From Candidatus Curtissbacteria bacterium (GTDB lineage: Bacteria; Patescibacteriota; Microgenomatia; Curtissbacterales; GWA2-41-24), in NCBI GenBank assembly GCA_016183325.1, contig JACPEV010000009.1:1303-65302 (forward strand): DNA of 64,000 nucleotides. The letters run 5' to 3'. The notes beneath the pieces are model-generated. The model saw only the letters and a list, made by a program, of their open reading frames with translations, searched no databases and was not told where the DNA came from. Of the stretch, positions 60,643 to 64,000 are shown one piece after another. The position numbers and the translations under genes were made by a program. Within the stretch, counting starts at the first letter, position 1. The number at the start of each line of letters is the position of its first letter.

Positions 60643-61187
60643 AAAAACTTGTCGGTATTTTAATGGGTTCTGATACAGATCTAGAGGTCGTCTCCGAAGC
60701 AGCTAAAATTTTGGATGAGTTACAGATATCGTACGAAATATCCGTGCTCTCAACCCACCGAGCCCCAGAAGAAACGGCAAAGTATGCTAAACTTGCCAAG
60801 GGAAAAGGTCTTAAAGTATTAATTGCAGCAGCAGGCGGAGCAGCCGCGCTACCCGGATCTGTAGCTTCTCAAACTACTCTTCCTGTAATCGGTATCCCCA
60901 TAAAAGCCAAATCTCTGGATGGTATTGATTCCCTTCTTTCTATTTCTCAAATGCCCCCCGGCGTCCCAGTTGCTACAGTTGGTGTAAATGCGGCTAAAAA
61001 TGCCGGCATCTTAGCTGCCCAGATTTTGGCACTTTCCGATACTAAAATCGCCGGAAAAGTCGAAGATTATAAAGAAAAGTTGAGACACGAAGTACTTTCG
61101 AAAAATTCCAAGATTCAAAAACTCGGCTGGGATAAATATCTGAAAGATAAAACTGCAACCACTGAAGGTACTGAAAATAGAACATGA
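60639..61187 (+). CDS. purE: N5-CAIR mutase / AIR carboxylase
   Basis: MGSDTD, STHRAP, LPVIGIP, QMPPGVPVATV. Confidence 0.96.
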   Translation: MKKLVGILMGSDTDLEVVSEAAKILDELQISYEISVLSTHRAPEETAKYAKLAKGKGLKVLIAAAGGAAALPGSVASQTTLPVIGIPIKAKSLDGIDSLLSISQMPPGVPVATVGVNAAKNAGILAAQILALSDTKIAGKVEDYKEKLRHEVLSKNSKIQKLGWDKYLKDKTATTEGTENRT

Positions 61188-61257
61188 GATCACTGAGGCT
61201 AATAAAACATTCAGTGTTTCCAGTGGTTGCTTAAGTTCAGTGTTATCAGTGGTTACA

Positions 61258-62229
61258 ATGATAGACAAAAAAACTATTTTAGAAAATATTCCCGAAGCAA
61301 TAGACAAAATCGCTTATCCAAAACTCGGCAGGCGAAACAGCGGAAAAGTCCGCGATTGGTACATTAGAAATAACCTTCGCATCCTGATTACCACAGATCG
61401 CGTTTCTGCTTTCGATAAAGTTGTAGGAACAGTTCCTTTCCGTGGCGCTGTCTTAAATAAGCTTTCCCAATTTTGGTTTGAAAAAACCAGAGATATTGTT
61501 GCCAATCATATGATTGGTATAACCGACCCGAATGTCATGCTCGTTTCCGAATGCCAAGCATTGCCAGTGGAAGTAATTGTTAGGGGACATATCACGGGTG
61601 TTACGCAAACCTCAATCTGGAAAATGTATTCGGAAGGTCAAAGAATTATCTATGGCATTAAATTTCCAGAAGGTCTTGTTAAAAATCAAAAGCTAAAAAA
61701 ACCTGTTATTACTCCAACAACAAGAGCGACTGGTCCTGGCGGACATGATGAACCAATTACCGCAGCCGAAATCATCAAGAAAAAACTTGTACCTCCAAAT
61801 ATTTGGAGACAGATCGAAAAAGTTGCCCGCGATCTTTTCGAAAGAGGAACCAAGATTTGTCAAAAAGGCGGCTTTATTTTAGCGGATACTAAGTATGAAT
61901 TTGGTCTCTCCAAAAATGGCAAACTTACTTTGATAGACGAAATTCATACTCCTGATAGCAGCCGGCTTTGGCTGAAAAAAACCTACAGAGAAAGATTCAA
62001 AAAAGGCCAAGAAGTTGAAAACTACGATAAGGAAATTATGCGCATTTGGTTTAAAGAACGAGGATATAGTGGAAAGGGTAAAGCGCCGGAAATACCCGAC
62101 AGTCTCAAGGTCCAAATTGCCACCCGCTATATGGAGGTTTATGAAAAGATAACTGGAGAAAAATTTATAATTGATTTGAAAGTTCCACCAAAAGAAAGAA
62201 TTTTAGAAAATCTTTCGATGCTCATATAA
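61258..62229 (+). CDS. purC: SAICAR synthetase
   Basis: SGKVRD, TDRVSAFD, PVEVIVRG, ADTKYEFG, DEIHTPDSSR; start set at 61258. Confidence 0.96.
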   Translation: MIDKKTILENIPEAIDKIAYPKLGRRNSGKVRDWYIRNNLRILITTDRVSAFDKVVGTVPFRGAVLNKLSQFWFEKTRDIVANHMIGITDPNVMLVSECQALPVEVIVRGHITGVTQTSIWKMYSEGQRIIYGIKFPEGLVKNQKLKKPVITPTTRATGPGGHDEPITAAEIIKKKLVPPNIWRQIEKVARDLFERGTKICQKGGFILADTKYEFGLSKNGKLTLIDEIHTPDSSRLWLKKTYRERFKKGQEVENYDKEIMRIWFKERGYSGKGKAPEIPDSLKVQIATRYMEVYEKITGEKFIIDLKVPPKERILENLSMLI

Positions 62230-63819
62230 ATGATTATAGTCGTTAACTTTGGTGGTCAATTTGCTCACCTGATCGCAAGAAGAATCAGAAATTTGGGTGT
62301 CAAAAGTGAATTAGTTCCACCTGATATTTCTCCAAAAAATCTTATTAAACTTTCTCCGCAGGCAGTTATTTTTTCTGGCAGTCCTTCTTCTGTTTACGAA
62401 AATAACGCTCCCAAAATAAGTCCCCAAATTTACAATTTAAATTTACCAATTCTAGGAATCTGTTACGGTCAGCAATTAATAGCCCATCAACTTGGAGGCA
62501 AAGTTTCATCACATGATGCTAAACAATTCGGAAAAGAAATATTAAAAATAAAAAAGTCATCGCTCTTTTCAGGTCTTTCCTCACCTCAAACAGTTTGGTT
62601 TTCCCATGGAGATCAGGTGGATAAACTATCACCAGGTTTTGAAACAATTGCCTCTACAACAAATGCCAAAATTGCCGCCATGCAAAATTCAGCAAAAAAT
62701 ATTTACGGCATCCAATTTCATGCCGAAGTTGTCCATACTCCAAATGGCCAAAAAATCCTTGAAAATTTTCTTTTTAAAATAGCCAAGGCCAAAAAAGATT
62801 GGAAGCTAGACTTTGTCAAAGAAAATTTAATCAAAAATCTCAAAAAAGAAATATCCAATCAAAAAGTCTTAATGGCGATTTCTGGAGGAGTTGATTCTCT
62901 TGTTGCGGCATCGATTTTAACAGAAGCGATTGGTAAAAATTTACTGCTTGTATTTATCGATACAGGACTATTAAGAAAATACGATATCCCTGATCTGAAG
63001 GCTACAGTAAAAACACAAAAATTTAATAATTTAAAAATTGTAGACGCGCAAGAAAGGTTTCTTAGTGCATTAAAGGGAATTACCGATCCAGAAAAAAAAC
63101 GCCAGGTTATCGCCAGGATCTATTTTGAAGTTCTCACAGAAGAAGCTAAAAAGTTAGGGAATCTTAATTTTCTTGCCCAAGGCACCATCTATCCCGATAG
63201 AATCGAATCGGGAAAGCCCTCAAAACATGCCGATAAAATCAAAAGCCATCACAACGTCACATTGCCGCAAGGTTTAAAACTAAAAATAATAGAACCACTC
63301 GCCGAATTTTATAAAGATGAAGTTAGAAAAATCGGCAAACTTTTAAATATCCCAAGCGGATTTCTAGATCGCCATCCCTTTCCCGGCCCTGGTCTGGCAA
63401 TTAGAATTTTGGGAGAAGTAACAGAGGAGAGATTGAAAATATTAAGGGAAGCAGATGAGATTTTTATCAGCGAATTAAAAAGATATGAACAAGGTGCATA
63501 TAATAAGGAAGTTTCACTTCGGTCAACTTCCTTGCGGTCCTCCCGAGTCGGACTCGGTGCGGGCCTAAAGGTAGGACAAGCGTTTGCCGCTCTTTTCCCG
63601 GTAAAGTCAGTGGGAGTAATGGGCGATAGCAGAACTTATTCTTATATAATTTCTCTAAGAGCCGTCGACACAGTCGATTTCATGACCGCAGACTGGTCTA
63701 AGTTACCAAACGAATTGTTAGAAAAAGTATCTACGAGAATCGTCAATGAAGTTCGAGGAGTCAACCGCGTCGTTTATGACATCACCCAAAAACCCCCGGC
63801 AACCATAGAGTATGAGTAA
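62230..63819 (+). CDS. guaA: GMP synthase (glutamine-hydrolysing)
   Basis: GICYGQQ, SHGD, SGGVDS, QGTIYPD, IKSHHNV, HPFPGPGL, KPPATIE. Confidence 0.98.
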   Translation: MIIVVNFGGQFAHLIARRIRNLGVKSELVPPDISPKNLIKLSPQAVIFSGSPSSVYENNAPKISPQIYNLNLPILGICYGQQLIAHQLGGKVSSHDAKQFGKEILKIKKSSLFSGLSSPQTVWFSHGDQVDKLSPGFETIASTTNAKIAAMQNSAKNIYGIQFHAEVVHTPNGQKILENFLFKIAKAKKDWKLDFVKENLIKNLKKEISNQKVLMAISGGVDSLVAASILTEAIGKNLLLVFIDTGLLRKYDIPDLKATVKTQKFNNLKIVDAQERFLSALKGITDPEKKRQVIARIYFEVLTEEAKKLGNLNFLAQGTIYPDRIESGKPSKHADKIKSHHNVTLPQGLKLKIIEPLAEFYKDEVRKIGKLLNIPSGFLDRHPFPGPGLAIRILGEVTEERLKILREADEIFISELKRYEQGAYNKEVSLRSTSLRSSRVGLGAGLKVGQAFAALFPVKSVGVMGDSRTYSYIISLRAVDTVDFMTADWSKLPNELLEKVSTRIVNEVRGVNRVVYDITQKPPATIEYE

Positions 63820-63822
63820 GTC

Positions 63823-63848
63823 TTGACAATAAGTAACTTATAAGTTAC
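63823..63848 (+). promoter_or_regulatory. Promoter -35 box with palindromic operator
   Basis: TTGACA followed by perfect palindrome GTAACTTATAAGTTAC just upstream of the ATG. Confidence 0.6.
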
Positions 63849-63851
63849 CAT

Positions 63852-64000
63852 ATGAAAAAGAATATATTTTTAGATAAAAATGCCGAAAAGGAACTAAGAG
63901 AATTTGATGAGGAAGTACAGTTGGAGTTTGAAGCGTATTTTAAAATATTGGAAATAGAGGGTAAACTGGATTTTCCCTCAGCTAGAAAAGTTACTAAAGA
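63852..64000 (+). CDS. RelE/ParE-like toxin, N-terminal part (runs out of window)
   Basis: MKKNIFLDKNAEKELREFDEEVQLEF...GKLDFPQARKV. Confidence 0.55.
   Translation, partial: MKKNIFLDKNAEKELREFDEEVQLEFEAYFKILEIEGKLDFPSARKVTK

Noticed and set aside
1903-62115. Numerous antisense and alternate-frame ORFs in the track
   Set aside because: They overlap well-supported genes and show no recognisable motifs
1-64000. Alternative genetic code (TGA read as Gly/Trp)
   Set aside because: Conserved genes such as rpsC, rplN, rplB and rpmJ end at TGA at the expected position

Overview
Window from a low-GC bacterium that uses the standard code (TGA is a stop). Gene content and style (no rpmD, PaaX/Cas2-like gene, many GT-C membrane glycosyltransferases, many orphans) suggest Patescibacteria/CPR, Microgenomates-like; this is an inference. 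Layout: 3' end of tuf plus the S10-spc-alpha ribosomal superoperon with rplM-rpsI (1-18.4 kb); an ABC exporter; a 3-gene toxin-antitoxin-like islet beside tRNA-Pro; recA-recX-rny-HU; a second ABC exporter; dgkA and miaB; six GT-C-like genes (one broken); miaA; an AI-2E transporter; RNase P RNA; and a de novo purine cluster (purN,D,L,Q,M | accessory block | purP,A,purP-like,B,E,C,guaA) with archaeal-type PurP paralogues. The strongest unexplained signal is a set of short palindromic mini-elements. They insert in-frame into conserved proteins (MiaA x2, MiaB, PurQ, PurL, PurP x3, GuaA, a PMT x2, several r-protein termini), nest inside one another, and one matches helix P3 of RNase P RNA. Also seen: an identical 114-bp MITE in two places with 8-bp target duplications, a PaaX/Cas2-like gene bracketed by 36-bp palindromic direct repeats, and two orphan ORFs inside the r-protein cluster that each follow the same palindrome. 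All calls come from reading the sequence; no searches were run.
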